A stretch of 64,000 bases of DNA from Escherichia coli (GCF_050920415.1 NZ_CP169309.1); one strand, 5' to 3'. Positions 1 to 11,500 are shown, counted from the stretch's first letter. Notes: generated from the sequence alone by a model not told the origin. A program made the numbers and translations.

Positions 1-88
1 TCAGGAACCTGAGGCCTGATAACTGATAAGGGCAGGGCCACTGGCTCTGCCCTTTTGCTATTCTCACCGTAACGAATCAGCGGATACC

Positions 89-1357
89 ATGATTATCAAA
101 CGCACTCCTCAAGCCGCGTCGCCTCTGGCTTCGTGGCTTTCTTATCTGGAAAACCTGCACAGTAAAACTATCGATCTTGGCCTTGAGCGCGTAAGCCAGG
201 TCGCGGCACGTCTTGGCGTTCTGAAACCAGCGCCATTTGTATTTACCGTTGCGGGTACGAATGGCAAAGGCACCACCTGCCGTACGCTGGAGTCGATTCT
301 GATGGCGGCAGGGTACAAAGTGGGCGTCTACAGTTCGCCACATCTGGTGCGTTATACCGAGCGCGTTCGTGTGCAGGGCCAGGAATTGCCGGAATCGGCC
401 CACACAGCCTCTTTTGCGGAGATTGAATCGGCACGCGGTGATATTTCCCTGACCTATTTCGAGTACGGTACGCTGTCGGCGTTGTGGCTGTTCAAACAGG
501 CACAACTTGACGTGGTGATTCTGGAAGTAGGGCTGGGCGGACGTCTGGATGCAACCAATATTGTCGATGCTGATGTTGCGGTGGTGACCAGCATTGCGCT
601 GGATCATACCGACTGGTTGGGGCCAGATCGCGAAAGCATTGGTCGTGAGAAAGCAGGGATTTTCCGCAATGAAAAACCGGCAATTGTCGGAGAGCCTGAA
701 ATGCCTTCTACCATTGCTGATGTGGCGCAGGAAAAAGGCGCACTGCTACAACGTCGGGGCGTTGAGTGGAACTATTCCGTCAGTGACAATGACTGGACGT
801 TCAGCGATGCTCACGGCACGCTGGAAAATCTGCCGTTGCCGCTTGTCCCGCAACCGAATGCCGCAACGGCACTGGCGGCACTGCGTGCCAGCGGGCTGGA
901 GGTCAGTGAAAATGCCATTCGTGACGGGATTGCCAGCGCAATTTTGCCGGGACGTTTCCAGATTGTGAGCGAGTCGCCACGCGTTATTTTTGATGTCGCG
1001 CATAATCCACATGCGGCGGAATATCTCACCGGGCGTATGAAAGCGTTACCGAAAAACGGGCGCGTTCTGGCGGTTATCGGTATGCTACATGATAAAGATA
1101 TTGCCGGAACTCTGGCCTGGTTGAAAAGCGTGGTTGATGACTGGTATTGTGCGCCACTGGAAGGGCCGCGCGGTGCCACGGCAGAACAACTGCTTGAGCA
1201 TTTGGGTAACGGCAAATCATTTGATAGCGTGGCGCAGGCATGGGATGCCGCAATGGCGGACGCTAAAGCGGAAGATACCGTGCTGGTGTGTGGTTCGTTC
1301 CACACGGTCGCACATGTCATGGAAGTGATTGACGCGAGGAGAATCGGTGGCAAGTAA
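89..1357 (+). CDS. folC: bifunctional folylpolyglutamate synthase / dihydrofolate synthase
   Basis: 422-aa ORF; N-terminus MIIKRTPQAASPLASWLSYLENLH and Mur-ligase-type P-loop GTNGKGTT match FolC; followed by dedD-cvpA-purF as in the known cluster. Confidence 0.95.
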   Translation: MIIKRTPQAASPLASWLSYLENLHSKTIDLGLERVSQVAARLGVLKPAPFVFTVAGTNGKGTTCRTLESILMAAGYKVGVYSSPHLVRYTERVRVQGQELPESAHTASFAEIESARGDISLTYFEYGTLSALWLFKQAQLDVVILEVGLGGRLDATNIVDADVAVVTSIALDHTDWLGPDRESIGREKAGIFRNEKPAIVGEPEMPSTIADVAQEKGALLQRRGVEWNYSVSDNDWTFSDAHGTLENLPLPLVPQPNAATALAALRASGLEVSENAIRDGIASAILPGRFQIVSESPRVIFDVAHNPHAAEYLTGRMKALPKNGRVLAVIGMLHDKDIAGTLAWLKSVVDDWYCAPLEGPRGATAEQLLEHLGNGKSFDSVAQAWDAAMADAKAEDTVLVCGSFHTVAHVMEVIDARRIGGK

Positions 1358-2009
1358 GTTTCAGAATCGGTTAGTGGGTACGATCGTGCTGGTGGCGCTG
1401 GGGGTGATTGTACTTCCAGGGTTGCTGGACGGGCAGAAAAAGCATTATCAGGATGAGTTCGCGGCAATCCCTCTGGTGCCGAAAGCGGGCGATCGCGATG
1501 AGCCTGATATGATGCCAGCCGCCACCCAGGCGTTGCCGACACAGCCGCCAGAAGGCGCAGCGGAAGAGGTGCGGGCAGGTGATGCTGCCGCGCCGTCGCT
1601 CGATCCGGCCACTATTGCAGCCAATAACACCGAGTTTGAACCGGAACCTGCACCGGTCGCCCCACCGAAGCCGAAACCGGTGGAACCGCCTAAACCGAAG
1701 GTTGAAGCAGCACCTGCGCCGAAGCCAGAACCGAAGCCGGTCGTGGAAGAAAAAGCCGCCCCGACGGGTAAAGCGTATGTCGTCCAGCTGGGCGCGCTGA
1801 AAAATGCCGATAAAGTGAATGAGATTGTCGGTAAGCTGCGCGGTGCCGGTTATCGGGTTTATACGTCGCCATCCACGCCGGTGCAGGGTAAAATTACCCG
1901 TATTCTGGTTGGGCCAGATGCCTCGAAAGATAAGCTGAAAGGTTCGCTGGGTGAACTCAAGCAGCTTTCTGGCTTAAGTGGCGTGGTGATGGGCTATACA
2001 CCGAATTAA
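1347..2009 (+). CDS. dedD: cell division protein DedD (SPOR domain)
   Basis: 220 aa from GTG at 1347 (MASKFQNRLVGTIVLVALGVIVLPG); track ORF extends to TTG 1329; N-terminal TM helix, Pro/Ala/Lys-rich linker, C-terminal SPOR-like domain; overlaps folC stop. Confidence 0.85.
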   Translation: MASKFQNRLVGTIVLVALGVIVLPGLLDGQKKHYQDEFAAIPLVPKAGDRDEPDMMPAATQALPTQPPEGAAEEVRAGDAAAPSLDPATIAANNTEFEPEPAPVAPPKPKPVEPPKPKVEAAPAPKPEPKPVVEEKAAPTGKAYVVQLGALKNADKVNEIVGKLRGAGYRVYTSPSTPVQGKITRILVGPDASKDKLKGSLGELKQLSGLSGVVMGYTPN

Positions 2010-2018
2010 TACGGTTTT

Positions 2019-2285
<267 letters not shown>

Positions 2286-2377
2286 CGCATTGCCCGATGC
2301 TGCAAAGGCATAAAAAGTCGATGGCGTTGAATATTTTTTCAGCGCCATTTTTATTGAAGCGTGGGAAGGAAATCCCT

Positions 2378-2393
2378 ACGCAAACGTTTTCTT
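2378..2393 (+). promoter_or_regulatory. PurR operator (PUR box) of the cvpA-purF promoter
   Basis: ACGCAAACGTTTTCTT matches the PurR half-palindrome ACGCAAACGTTT; lies just upstream of a TGnTAGAAT extended -10 at about 2398-2406, upstream of cvpA. Confidence 0.55.
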
Positions 2394-2449
2394 TTTCTGT
2401 TAGAATGCGCCCCGAACAGGATGACAGGGCGTAAAATCGTGGGACACAT

Positions 2450-2938
2450 ATGGTCTGGATTGATTACGCCATAATCGCGGTGATTGCTTTTTCCTCTCTG
2501 GTTAGCCTGATCCGCGGCTTTGTTCGTGAAGCGTTATCGCTGGTGACATGGGGTTGTGCTTTCTTTGTTGCCAGTCATTACTACACTTACCTGTCAGTCT
2601 GGTTTACGGGCTTTGAAGACGAACTGGTTCGAAATGGGATTGCCATCGCGGTACTGTTTATCGCTACCCTGATCGTTGGTGCTATCGTGAACTTCGTGAT
2701 AGGCCAGTTGGTGGAGAAAACGGGGTTGTCAGGCACCGACCGGGTGCTGGGCGTCTGTTTCGGTGCGTTGCGCGGTGTGTTGATTGTTGCTGCCATTCTC
2801 TTCTTTCTCGACTCCTTTACCGGGGTGTCGAAAAGCGAAGACTGGAGCAAATCACAGCTGATCCCGCAGTTCAGTTTTATCATCAGATGGTTTTTTGATT
2901 ATCTGCAAAGCTCGTCAAGTTTCTTGCCCAGAGCGTAA
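2450..2938 (+). CDS. cvpA: colicin V production / membrane integrity protein CvpA
   Basis: 162-aa multi-TM ORF MVWIDYAIIAVIAFSSLVSLIRGF; directly upstream of purF. Confidence 0.93.
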   Translation: MVWIDYAIIAVIAFSSLVSLIRGFVREALSLVTWGCAFFVASHYYTYLSVWFTGFEDELVRNGIAIAVLFIATLIVGAIVNFVIGQLVEKTGLSGTDRVLGVCFGALRGVLIVAAILFFLDSFTGVSKSEDWSKSQLIPQFSFIIRWFFDYLQSSSSFLPRA

Positions 2939-2974
2939 GTGCTCTGAGATGTGGCTTAACGAGGAAAAAGACGT

Positions 2975-4492
2975 ATGTGCGGTATTGTCGGTATCGCCGG
3001 TGTTATGCCGGTTAACCAGTCGATTTATGATGCCTTAACGGTGCTTCAGCATCGCGGTCAGGATGCCGCCGGCATCATCACCATTGATGCCAATAATTGC
3101 TTCCGTTTGCGTAAAGCGAACGGGCTGGTGAGCGATGTCTTCGAAGCTCGCCATATGCAGCGTTTGCAGGGCAATATGGGCATTGGTCATGTGCGTTACC
3201 CCACGGCTGGTAGCTCCAGCGCCTCTGAAGCGCAGCCGTTTTACGTTAACTCCCCGTATGGCATCACGCTTGCCCACAACGGCAATCTGACCAACGCTCA
3301 TGAGTTGCGTAAAAAACTGTTTGAAGAAAAACGCCGCCACATCAACACCACTTCCGACTCGGAAATTCTGCTTAATATCTTCGCCAGCGAGCTGGACAAC
3401 TTCCGCCACTACCCGCTGGAAGCCGACAACATCTTCGCCGCCATCGCCGCTACAAACCGCTTAATCCGCGGTGCGTATGCCTGTGTGGCGATGATTATCG
3501 GCCACGGTATGGTGGCTTTCCGCGATCCTAACGGTATTCGTCCGCTGGTACTGGGGAAACGTGATATCGACGACAATCGCACAGAATATATGGTCGCTTC
3601 CGAAAGCGTTGCGCTCGATACCCTGGGCTTTGAGTTCCTGCGTGATGTCGCCCCAGGCGAGGCGATTTACATCACTGAAGAAGGGCAGCTGTTTACCCGC
3701 CAGTGCGCTGACAACCCGGTCAGCAATCCGTGCCTGTTCGAGTATGTTTACTTTGCCCGACCAGACTCGTTCATCGACAAAATTTCCGTTTACAGCGCGC
3801 GTGTGAATATGGGCACCAAGCTGGGCGAGAAAATTGCTCGCGAATGGGAAGATCTGGATATCGACGTGGTGATCCCAATTCCGGAAACCTCTTGTGATAT
3901 CGCGCTGGAAATTGCTCGTATTCTGGGCAAACCGTACCGCCAGGGCTTCGTTAAAAACCGCTATGTTGGCCGCACCTTCATCATGCCTGGCCAGCAGCTG
4001 CGTCGTAAGTCCGTGCGCCGTAAACTGAACGCCAACCGCGCCGAGTTCCGCGATAAAAACGTCCTGCTGGTCGACGACTCCATCGTCCGTGGCACCACTT
4101 CTGAGCAGATTATCGAGATGGCACGCGAAGCCGGAGCGAAGAAAGTGTATCTCGCCTCAGCGGCACCGGAAATTCGCTTCCCGAACGTTTACGGTATCGA
4201 TATGCCGAGCGCCACGGAGCTTATCGCTCACGGTCGCGAAGTAGATGAAATTCGCCAGATCATCGGTGCTGATGGTTTGATTTTCCAGGATCTGAATGAT
4301 CTGATCGAAGCCGTCCGTGCGGAAAACCCGGATATCCAGCAGTTTGAATGCTCGGTGTTCAACGGCGTTTACGTCACCAAAGATGTTGATCAGGGCTACC
4401 TCGATTTCCTTGATACTTTACGTAATGACGACGCTAAAGCCGTGCAACGTCAGAACGAAGTGGAAAATCTCGAAATGCATAACGAAGGATAA
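2975..4492 (+). CDS. purF: amidophosphoribosyltransferase (glutamine PRPP amidotransferase)
   Basis: 505-aa ORF starting MCGIVGI (Ntn-type catalytic Cys after Met); PRTase motif [13 protein letters not shown]. Confidence 0.97.
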   Translation: MCGIVGIAGVMPVNQSIYDALTVLQHRGQDAAGIITIDANNCFRLRKANGLVSDVFEARHMQRLQGNMGIGHVRYPTAGSSSASEAQPFYVNSPYGITLAHNGNLTNAHELRKKLFEEKRRHINTTSDSEILLNIFASELDNFRHYPLEADNIFAAIAATNRLIRGAYACVAMIIGHGMVAFRDPNGIRPLVLGKRDIDDNRTEYMVASESVALDTLGFEFLRDVAPGEAIYITEEGQLFTRQCADNPVSNPCLFEYVYFARPDSFIDKISVYSARVNMGTKLGEKIAREWEDLDIDVVIPIPETSCDIALEIARILGKPYRQGFVKNRYVGRTFIMPGQQLRRKSVRRKLNANRAEFRDKNVLLVDDSIVRGTTSEQIIEMAREAGAKKVYLASAAPEIRFPNVYGIDMPSATELIAHGREVDEIRQIIGADGLIFQDLNDLIEAVRAENPDIQQFECSVFNGVYVTKDVDQGYLDFLDTLRNDDAKAVQRQNEVENLEMHNEG

Positions 4493-4586
4493 TGACTTCG
4501 CTCAGGGTGCCGGTCTGGCACCCTGACTTGCAACTCCCGCTGAAATCCTGCAAAGTCTGCCTGCAAGTCTGACAGGGCAACTATTT

Positions 4587-5156
4587 ATGAAACGACTCAT
4601 TGTAGGCATCAGCGGTGCCAGCGGCGCGATTTATGGCGTACGATTATTACAGGTTCTGCGCGATGTCACAGATATCGAAACGCATCTGGTAATGAGCCAG
4701 GCGGCGCGCCAGACCTTATCCCTTGAAACGGATTTCTCCCTGCGTGATGTGCAGGCATTAGCCGATGTCACGCACGATGCGCGCGATATTGCCGCCAGCA
4801 TCTCTTCTGGTTCTTTCCAGACGTTGGGGATGGTGATTTTACCCTGTTCAATCAAAACCCTGTCCGGCATTGTCCATAGCTATACGGATGGTTTACTGAC
4901 CCGTGCGGCAGATGTTGTGCTGAAAGAGCGTCGCCCGCTGGTGCTCTGCGTGCGTGAAACACCATTGCACTTAGGCCATCTGCGTTTAATGACTCAGGCG
5001 GCAGAAATCGGTGCGGTAATTATGCCTCCCGTTCCGGCATTTTATCATCGCCCACAATCCCTTGATGATGTGATAAATCAGACGGTTAACCGTGTTCTTG
5101 ACCAGTTTGCGATAAATCTACCCGAAGATCTCTTTGCCCGCTGGCAGGGCGCATAA
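4587..5156 (+). CDS. ubiX: flavin prenyltransferase UbiX
   Basis: 189-aa ORF MKRLIVGISGASGAIYGVRLLQVL, flavoprotein fold typical of UbiX/Pad1. Confidence 0.95.
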   Translation: MKRLIVGISGASGAIYGVRLLQVLRDVTDIETHLVMSQAARQTLSLETDFSLRDVQALADVTHDARDIAASISSGSFQTLGMVILPCSIKTLSGIVHSYTDGLLTRAADVVLKERRPLVLCVRETPLHLGHLRLMTQAAEIGAVIMPPVPAFYHRPQSLDDVINQTVNRVLDQFAINLPEDLFARWQGA

Positions 5157-5337
5157 CTCCGCTGTTGCCCTGTTTCAGGGCAATTTTGCAACCGCGATCA
5201 AATCCTCAACATTTTGTTCCTGCCATTCAATCGAAACGCTGCGATCCAACCGCCATACCTGCTATCTTCAACTTCAGGACAATAATGCAACGTCTTATTA
5301 ACATATTTAACGTTGGATGTTACTGTTGTCGTCAAGA

Positions 5338-5353
5338 TGGCATAAGACCTGCA
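5338..5353 (+). promoter_or_regulatory. sigma54 (-24/-12) promoter upstream of argT
   Basis: TGGCATAAGACCTGCA fits the TGGCAC-N5-TTGCA consensus with correct GG/GC spacing, about 70 bp upstream of argT; argT is known to be nitrogen regulated. Confidence 0.45.
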
Positions 5354-5420
5354 TGAACGAGCCTGCAAACACACAACACAATACACAACATAAAAAAGCC
5401 ATTTCACTTGAGGGTTATGT

Positions 5421-6203
5421 ATGAAGAAGTCGATTCTCGCTCTGTCTTTGTTAGTCGGGATTTCCGCAGCAGCTTCCAGCTACGCGGCGCTGCCGGAGAC
5501 GGTACGTATCGGAACGGATACCACCTATGCACCGTTCTCATCGAAAGATGCCAAAGGTGACTTTGTTGGCTTTGATATCGATCTCGGTAACGAGATGTGC
5601 AAACGGATGCAGGTGAAATGTACCTGGGTTGCCAGTGACTTTGACGCGCTGATCCCCTCACTGAAAGCGAAAAAGATCGACGCCATTATTTCGTCGCTCT
5701 CCATTACGGATAAACGTCAGCAGGAGATTGCCTTCTCCGACAAACTGTACGCCGCAGACTCTCGTCTGATTGCTGCCAAAGGTTCACCGATTCAGCCAAC
5801 GCTGGATTCACTGAAAGGTAAACATGTTGGTGTGCTGCAGGGATCAACCCAGGAAGCGTATGCCAATGATAACTGGCGCAGTAAGGGTGTCGATGTGGTG
5901 GCCTATGCTAACCAGGATTTGGTCTATTCCGATCTGGCTGCAGGACGCCTGGATGCCGCTCTGCAAGATGAGGTTGCTGCCAGCGAAGGTTTCCTCAAGC
6001 AACCTGCCGGTAAAGATTTCGCTTTTGCAGGCCCTTCAGTGAAAGACAAAAAATACTTCGGTGACGGCACCGGTGTCGGGCTACGTAAAGATGATGCTGA
6101 ACTGACGGCTGCGTTTAATAAGGCGCTTGGCGAGCTGCGTCAGGACGGCACCTACGACAAGATGGCGAAAAAGTATTTCGACTTTAATGTCTACGGTGAC
6201 TGA
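5421..6203 (+). CDS. argT: lysine/arginine/ornithine-binding periplasmic protein
   Basis: 260-aa ORF with signal peptide [22 protein letters not shown]; paralogous to the following hisJ. Confidence 0.93.
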   Translation: MKKSILALSLLVGISAAASSYAALPETVRIGTDTTYAPFSSKDAKGDFVGFDIDLGNEMCKRMQVKCTWVASDFDALIPSLKAKKIDAIISSLSITDKRQQEIAFSDKLYAADSRLIAAKGSPIQPTLDSLKGKHVGVLQGSTQEAYANDNWRSKGVDVVAYANQDLVYSDLAAGRLDAALQDEVAASEGFLKQPAGKDFAFAGPSVKDKKYFGDGTGVGLRKDDAELTAAFNKALGELRQDGTYDKMAKKYFDFNVYGD

Positions 6204-6420
6204 TACGTCGCAGGGAAGCTGTACCTGATGGAATGATCATGGTGCACGCCAGGTTTGTTGCACTATCGTGGTGCATTAAAATGCATACTTAAGCATTTTT
6301 AATGAAAAATAATACGTCTAACGGGGCGGGATATTTTGCCTTGATGGTCAATTTTATGGCACGATAAGTGTAACAAACCTGTAAATATTCCCTATAAAAA
6401 GACTGTCAGTTGAGGACATT

Positions 6421-7203
6421 ATGAAAAAACTGGTGCTATCGCTCTCTCTGGTTCTGGCCTTCTCCAGCGCAACGGCGGCGTTTGCTGCGATTCCGCAAAA
6501 CATCCGCATCGGTACCGATCCGACCTATGCGCCATTTGAATCAAAAAATTCACAAGGTGAACTGGTTGGCTTCGATATCGATCTGGCAAAGGAGTTGTGC
6601 AAACGCATCAATACGCAATGTACGTTTGTCGAAAACCCACTGGATGCGTTAATCCCGTCCTTAAAAGCGAAGAAGATTGACGCCATCATGTCATCGCTTT
6701 CCATTACGGAAAAACGTCAGCAAGAAATTGCCTTCACCGACAAACTGTACGCTGCCGATTCTCGTCTGGTAGTGGCGAAAAATTCCGACATTCAGCCGAC
6801 AGTCGAGTCGCTGAAAGGCAAGCGCGTAGGCGTATTGCAGGGCACCACCCAGGAGACGTTCGGTAACGAACACTGGGCACCAAAAGGCATTGAAATCGTC
6901 TCTTATCAGGGGCAGGACAACATTTATTCTGACCTGACTGCCGGACGTATTGATGCCGCATTCCAGGATGAGGTCGCCGCCAGCGAAGGTTTCCTCAAAC
7001 AACCCGTTGGTAAAGATTACAAATTCGGTGGCCCGTCTGTTAAAGATGAAAAACTGTTTGGCGTAGGGACCGGCATGGGTCTGCGTAAAGAAGATAACGA
7101 ATTGCGCGAGGCACTGAACAAAGCCTTTGCCGAAATGCGCGCTGACGGTACTTACGAGAAATTAGCGAAAAAGTACTTCGATTTTGATGTTTATGGTGGT
7201 TAA
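6421..7203 (+). CDS. hisJ: histidine-binding periplasmic protein
   Basis: 260-aa ORF with signal peptide [22 protein letters not shown]; followed by hisQMP. Confidence 0.93.
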   Translation: MKKLVLSLSLVLAFSSATAAFAAIPQNIRIGTDPTYAPFESKNSQGELVGFDIDLAKELCKRINTQCTFVENPLDALIPSLKAKKIDAIMSSLSITEKRQQEIAFTDKLYAADSRLVVAKNSDIQPTVESLKGKRVGVLQGTTQETFGNEHWAPKGIEIVSYQGQDNIYSDLTAGRIDAAFQDEVAASEGFLKQPVGKDYKFGGPSVKDEKLFGVGTGMGLRKEDNELREALNKAFAEMRADGTYEKLAKKYFDFDVYGG

Positions 7204-7222
7204 TCGCCATCGGTGAAAGAAA

Positions 7223-7252
7223 GCCCGCTCCCTTCGGGTAACCGGAGGGAGA
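7223..7252 (+). other. intercistronic stem-loop between hisJ and hisQ (REP-like mRNA stabiliser)
   Basis: Inverted repeat CTCCC...GGGAG with internal CGGG/CCGG pairing in the 89-bp hisJ-hisQ spacer. Confidence 0.35.
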
Positions 7253-7292
7253 CAAGAGGCGGTAATTCACCACACACGACAGGACAGGCAGC

Positions 7293-7979
7293 ATGTTGTA
7301 TGGGTTTTCAGGTGTTATTTTACAGGGTGCGCTCGTCACGCTGGAGCTGGCTATCAGCTCTGTAGTGCTCGCTGTAATCATTGGTTTAATTGGCGCTGGC
7401 GGTAAGCTCTCGCAAAATCGGTTTTCGGGGCTCATTTTTGAAGGGTATACCACGCTGATTCGTGGCGTGCCGGATTTAGTGTTGATGCTGCTGATTTTCT
7501 ACGGTTTGCAGATTGCACTAAACACGGTGACGGAGGCGATGGGCGTCGGGCAGATTGATATTGATCCGATGGTCGCAGGTATTATCACTCTCGGTTTTAT
7601 CTACGGTGCTTACTTCACCGAAACGTTCCGTGGCGCGTTTATGGCAGTGCCGAAAGGGCATATAGAGGCGGCGACGGCGTTCGGTTTTACTCGTGGGCAA
7701 GTGTTTCGGCGGATTATGTTTCCGGCGATGATGCGTTACGCTCTGCCAGGCATCGGCAACAACTGGCAGGTGATCCTCAAATCTACCGCTCTGGTTTCGT
7801 TACTCGGCCTGGAAGATGTGGTCAAAGCCACGCAACTGGCAGGCAAAAGTACATGGGAACCGTTCTATTTCGCCATCGTCTGTGGCGTGATTTACCTGGT
7901 TTTCACCACCGTTTCCAATGGTGTGCTGCTGTTCCTTGAGCGCCGCTACTCCGTGGGTGTGAAGAGGGCTGACCTGTGA
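7293..7979 (+). CDS. hisQ: histidine/lysine/arginine/ornithine ABC transporter permease
   Basis: 228-aa polytopic membrane ORF; ABC permease in the his transport operon. Confidence 0.93.
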   Translation: MLYGFSGVILQGALVTLELAISSVVLAVIIGLIGAGGKLSQNRFSGLIFEGYTTLIRGVPDLVLMLLIFYGLQIALNTVTEAMGVGQIDIDPMVAGIITLGFIYGAYFTETFRGAFMAVPKGHIEAATAFGFTRGQVFRRIMFPAMMRYALPGIGNNWQVILKSTALVSLLGLEDVVKATQLAGKSTWEPFYFAIVCGVIYLVFTTVSNGVLLFLERRYSVGVKRADL

Positions 7980-8692
7980 TCGAAATCTTACATGAATACT
8001 GGAAACCGCTGTTGTGGACCGACGGTTATCGCTTTACCGGTGTGGCGATTACCCTTTGGTTGCTGATTTTGTCGGTTGTGATAGGTGGAGTTCTGGCGCT
8101 GTTTCTGGCGATTGGTCGCGTCTCCAGCAATAAATACATCCAGTTTCCAATCTGGTTATTTACTTATATTTTTCGCGGTACACCGCTGTATGTTCAATTG
8201 CTGGTGTTCTATTCCGGCATGTACACGCTGGAGATTGTTAAGGGTACCGAGTTCCTTAACGCCTTTTTCCGCAGTGGCCTGAATTGTACTGTGCTGGCGC
8301 TGACGCTTAACACCTGTGCTTACACCACCGAGATTTTTGCCGGAGCAATCCGTTCGGTACCGCACGGAGAAATTGAAGCCGCCAGAGCCTATGGCTTTTC
8401 GACCTTTAAAATGTATCGCTGCATTATTTTGCCTTCAGCGCTGCGTATTGCGTTACCGGCCTACAGCAATGAAGTAATCCTGATGCTGCACTCTACTGCT
8501 CTGGCGTTTACGGCCACGGTGCCGGATCTGCTGAAAATAGCCCGTGATATTAACGCCGCCACGTATCAACCTTTTACCGCTTTCGGTATCGCCGCGGTGC
8601 TCTATTTAATCATCTCTTATGTCCTGATCAGTCTGTTCCGCAAAGCGGAAAAACGCTGGTTGCAGCATGTGAAACCTTCTTCAACGCACTGA
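7976..8692 (+). CDS. hisM: histidine/lysine/arginine/ornithine ABC transporter permease
   Basis: 238-aa membrane ORF overlapping hisQ stop by 4 bp. Confidence 0.93.
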   Translation: MIEILHEYWKPLLWTDGYRFTGVAITLWLLILSVVIGGVLALFLAIGRVSSNKYIQFPIWLFTYIFRGTPLYVQLLVFYSGMYTLEIVKGTEFLNAFFRSGLNCTVLALTLNTCAYTTEIFAGAIRSVPHGEIEAARAYGFSTFKMYRCIILPSALRIALPAYSNEVILMLHSTALAFTATVPDLLKIARDINAATYQPFTAFGIAAVLYLIISYVLISLFRKAEKRWLQHVKPSSTH

Positions 8693-8699
8693 GAATACG

Positions 8700-9473
8700 A
8701 TGTCCGAGAATAAATTAAACGTTATCGATTTGCACAAACGCTACGGCGAACACGAAGTGCTGAAAGGGGTCTCACTGCAAGCGAATGCCGGTGATGTCAT
8801 AAGTATCATCGGATCGTCGGGATCGGGGAAAAGTACCTTTCTGCGCTGCATTAACTTCCTCGAAAAACCGAGCGAAGGATCGATCGTCGTTAACGGCCAG
8901 ACGATCAATCTGGTGCGCGATAAAGACGGTCAACTCAAAGTCGCCGATAAAAATCAGCTGCGCTTACTGCGCACACGCCTGACGATGGTATTCCAGCACT
9001 TCAATCTCTGGAGCCATATGACGGTGCTGGAAAACGTCATGGAAGCGCCGATTCAGGTGTTAGGCCTGAGCAAGCAGGAAGCGCGCGAGCGGGCGGTGAA
9101 GTATCTGGCGAAAGTCGGGATAGACGAACGTGCGCAGGGGAAATACCCGGTGCATCTGTCCGGTGGTCAGCAACAGCGTGTTTCCATCGCGCGGGCGCTG
9201 GCGATGGAACCGGAAGTTTTACTGTTTGATGAACCTACCTCGGCGCTCGATCCTGAACTGGTAGGCGAAGTGCTGCGGATTATGCAGCAACTGGCAGAAG
9301 AGGGAAAAACCATGGTGGTGGTGACTCACGAAATGGGCTTTGCTCGCCATGTTTCTACTCACGTCATTTTTCTCCATCAGGGGAAAATAGAGGAAGAGGG
9401 CGCGCCGGAGCAGTTATTTGGCAACCCGCAAAGCCCTCGTCTGCAACAGTTCCTTAAGGGATCGCTGAAATAA
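8700..9473 (+). CDS. hisP: histidine/lysine/arginine/ornithine ABC transporter ATP-binding protein
   Basis: 257-aa ORF with Walker [13 protein letters not shown] signature LSGGQQQR and Walker [12 protein letters not shown]. Confidence 0.95.
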   Translation: MSENKLNVIDLHKRYGEHEVLKGVSLQANAGDVISIIGSSGSGKSTFLRCINFLEKPSEGSIVVNGQTINLVRDKDGQLKVADKNQLRLLRTRLTMVFQHFNLWSHMTVLENVMEAPIQVLGLSKQEARERAVKYLAKVGIDERAQGKYPVHLSGGQQQRVSIARALAMEPEVLLFDEPTSALDPELVGEVLRIMQQLAEEGKTMVVVTHEMGFARHVSTHVIFLHQGKIEEEGAPEQLFGNPQSPRLQQFLKGSLK

Positions 9474-9479
9474 TTCCCT

Positions 9480-9503
9480 CTCCGGTGGCTAACGCTGCCG
9501 GAG
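9480..9503 (+). terminator. probable terminator of the his transport operon
   Basis: Hairpin CTCCGG-N12-CCGGAG just after the hisP stop, followed by TATTTCA. Confidence 0.4.
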
Positions 9504-9668
9504 TATTTCATGGGGAATTTGCGAGTCCGCTTCCGCTGAAATGTAAAAGTTGCAGTCCGCTAAAAATACTTCTGAATTCGCTCTCCAAAGATAAAAACTG
9601 CCTGCTGCATTGGGTGTAAATCGTGGTTATTGTCGCGTCATCTTAAATTTGAGGGGTGACGGAACGCC

Positions 9669-10559
9669 ATGACAATATCGACAACTTCCACGCCGCATGA
9701 TGCGGTATTTAAATCTTTTTTACGCCATCCAGACACCGCGCGGGATTTTATTGATATTCATCTTCCCGCGCCGCTGCGCAAACTGTGTGATTTAACGACG
9801 CTCAAACTGGAACCAAACAGTTTTATTGATGAAGACCTGCGGCAATATTATTCCGACCTCTTGTGGTCTGTGAAAACGCAGGAGGGAGCGGGTTATATTT
9901 ATGTGGTGATAGAGCACCAAAGTAAGCCGGAGGAATTAATGGCTTTTCGCATGATGCGCTATTCCATCGCGGCGATGCAAAACCATCTGGATGCAGGCTA
10001 TAAAGAGCTTCCATTGGTGATCCCCATGCTATTTTATCATGGTTGCAGTAGCCCTTATCCTTATTCACTCTGCTGGCTTGATGAATTTGCCGAGCCTGCG
10101 ATAGCCCGCAAAATATATTCATCAGCATTTCCGCTGGTGGATATTACCGTGGTGCCGGATGACGAGATTATGCAACATCGCAAAATGGCGCTGTTGGAGT
10201 TAATTCAGAAACATATTCGTCAGCGCGATCTGTTGGGATTAGTCGACCAAATTGTTTCGCTGCTAGTTACAGGGAACACTAATGACAGACAGCTAAAAGC
10301 CCTGTTTAATTACGTATTACAAACGGGAGATGCCCAGCGTTTCCGTGCATTTATTGGTGAGATAACAGAACGCGCACCACAAGAAAAGGAGAAACTGATG
10401 ACCATTGCTGACAGATTACGTGAAGAAGGCGCAATGCAGGGCAAACACGAAGAAGCTCTGCGTATTGCTCAGGAGATGCTGGAAAAAGGATTTGACCACG
10501 AAGTCATCCTGACGCTGACCCGACTTTCACCAGACGACCTTATCGCGCAAAGCCACTAA
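9669..10559 (+). CDS. rpnB: recombination-promoting nuclease RpnB (transposase-like PD-(D/E)XK family)
   Basis: 296-aa [36 protein letters not shown] typical of the Rpn/YhgA-like family; no flanking terminal inverted repeats seen. Confidence 0.85.
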   Translation: MTISTTSTPHDAVFKSFLRHPDTARDFIDIHLPAPLRKLCDLTTLKLEPNSFIDEDLRQYYSDLLWSVKTQEGAGYIYVVIEHQSKPEELMAFRMMRYSIAAMQNHLDAGYKELPLVIPMLFYHGCSSPYPYSLCWLDEFAEPAIARKIYSSAFPLVDITVVPDDEIMQHRKMALLELIQKHIRQRDLLGLVDQIVSLLVTGNTNDRQLKALFNYVLQTGDAQRFRAFIGEITERAPQEKEKLMTIADRLREEGAMQGKHEEALRIAQEMLEKGFDHEVILTLTRLSPDDLIAQSH

Positions 10560-10606
10560 TCCTGTAACACCGGGAATTAACTGGCGGATGTTTGCAGTAC
10601 ACCACA

Positions 10607-11500
10607 TCAGTGAACAACATCCGCCAGCGCCTCTTCTAAATCGTACCAGCGAAACGCAAAACCCGCTTCTTCCAGCCGTTTAGGCAATGCTCGTTGTCCA
10701 CCTAATACCAGTACTGAAGATTCGCCCATTAACAGTCGAATAGCGGTCGCGGGGACGCGCAAAATGGCCGGGCGATGCAGCGCATGACCGAGCGCATGGG
10801 CAAATTGTTCATTGCGTACCGGGTAGGGCGAAACCATATTAAACGGCCCGCGCAGCTCGTTATCCAGCAGCCAGAGAATACCGTTGACCATATCATCGAT
10901 ATGAATCCAGGCCAGATACTGCCGACCGGAGCCAATCGGCCCGCCCAGGCCAAGACGAAACGGCGGCAGCATTTTACCGAGGATCCCGCCGTCCGGTGCC
11001 AGCACCACGCCGGTACGCAGCAGGCACACACGTGTTTTGTCGCTTTGCGCCCGACAGGCAATCTCTTCCCAACGAGCGCAGAGTTTATGGGTAAATTCGT
11101 TATGCGGCGGTTCCTCTTCAGTAACCACCACTTCACCTAAGTCGCCATAATAGCCCGTTGCCGAACCGGAAATGAGTACCGACGGCGGCGTGTCGCTGGC
11201 ATTAATTAGATCGACCAGTTTTTGCGTGATATTCCAGCGGCTTTGGCAGAGACGATCTTTTTGCTCGTGAGTCCAGCGTTTATCGGCAATCGGTTCTCCA
11301 GCCAGGTTGATTACCGCATCAACGCCATTGAGGTTGCTTTGATCTGCAAGCCCTTGCCATAGTGTCACCCGGGGGCCGAGAACGGAACTGGCTTTCTGCG
11401 GGTTACGTGTCACTACCGTGATTTGATGGCCCAGCTCCAGCAAACGTGGAATCAAATGGCGACCAATTAATCCCGTCCCTCCGGTGATCACTATGTTCAT
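10607..11500 (-). CDS. yfcH: epimerase-family protein YfcH (NAD-binding, SDR-like)
   Basis: 297-aa ORF with N-terminal Rossmann motif ITGGTGLIG. Confidence 0.88.
   Translation of the reverse strand: MNIVITGGTGLIGRHLIPRLLELGHQITVVTRNPQKASSVLGPRVTLWQGLADQSNLNGVDAVINLAGEPIADKRWTHEQKDRLCQSRWNITQKLVDLINASDTPPSVLISGSATGYYGDLGEVVVTEEEPPHNEFTHKLCARWEEIACRAQSDKTRVCLLRTGVVLAPDGGILGKMLPPFRLGLGGPIGSGRQYLAWIHIDDMVNGILWLLDNELRGPFNMVSPYPVRNEQFAHALGHALHRPAILRVPATAIRLLMGESSVLVLGGQRALPKRLEEAGFAFRWYDLEEALADVVH

Noticed and set aside
1-88. 3' end of accD at the window start
   Set aside because: Expected from synteny, but all three frames hit stops within the first 30 bp, so the frame and exact end cannot be fixed from about 25 bp; not listed as a feature. 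A hairpin GGGCAG-N11-CTGCCC with a short T-run at about 30-58 may be its terminator.
811-1542. 243-aa minus-strand ORF
   Set aside because: Antisense to folC/dedD; Ala/Ser/Pro-rich low-complexity translation.
9669-10559. Active mobile element / IS at rpnB
   Set aside because: Transposase-like protein but no terminal inverted repeats or target-site duplication visible; interpreted as a domesticated single gene.
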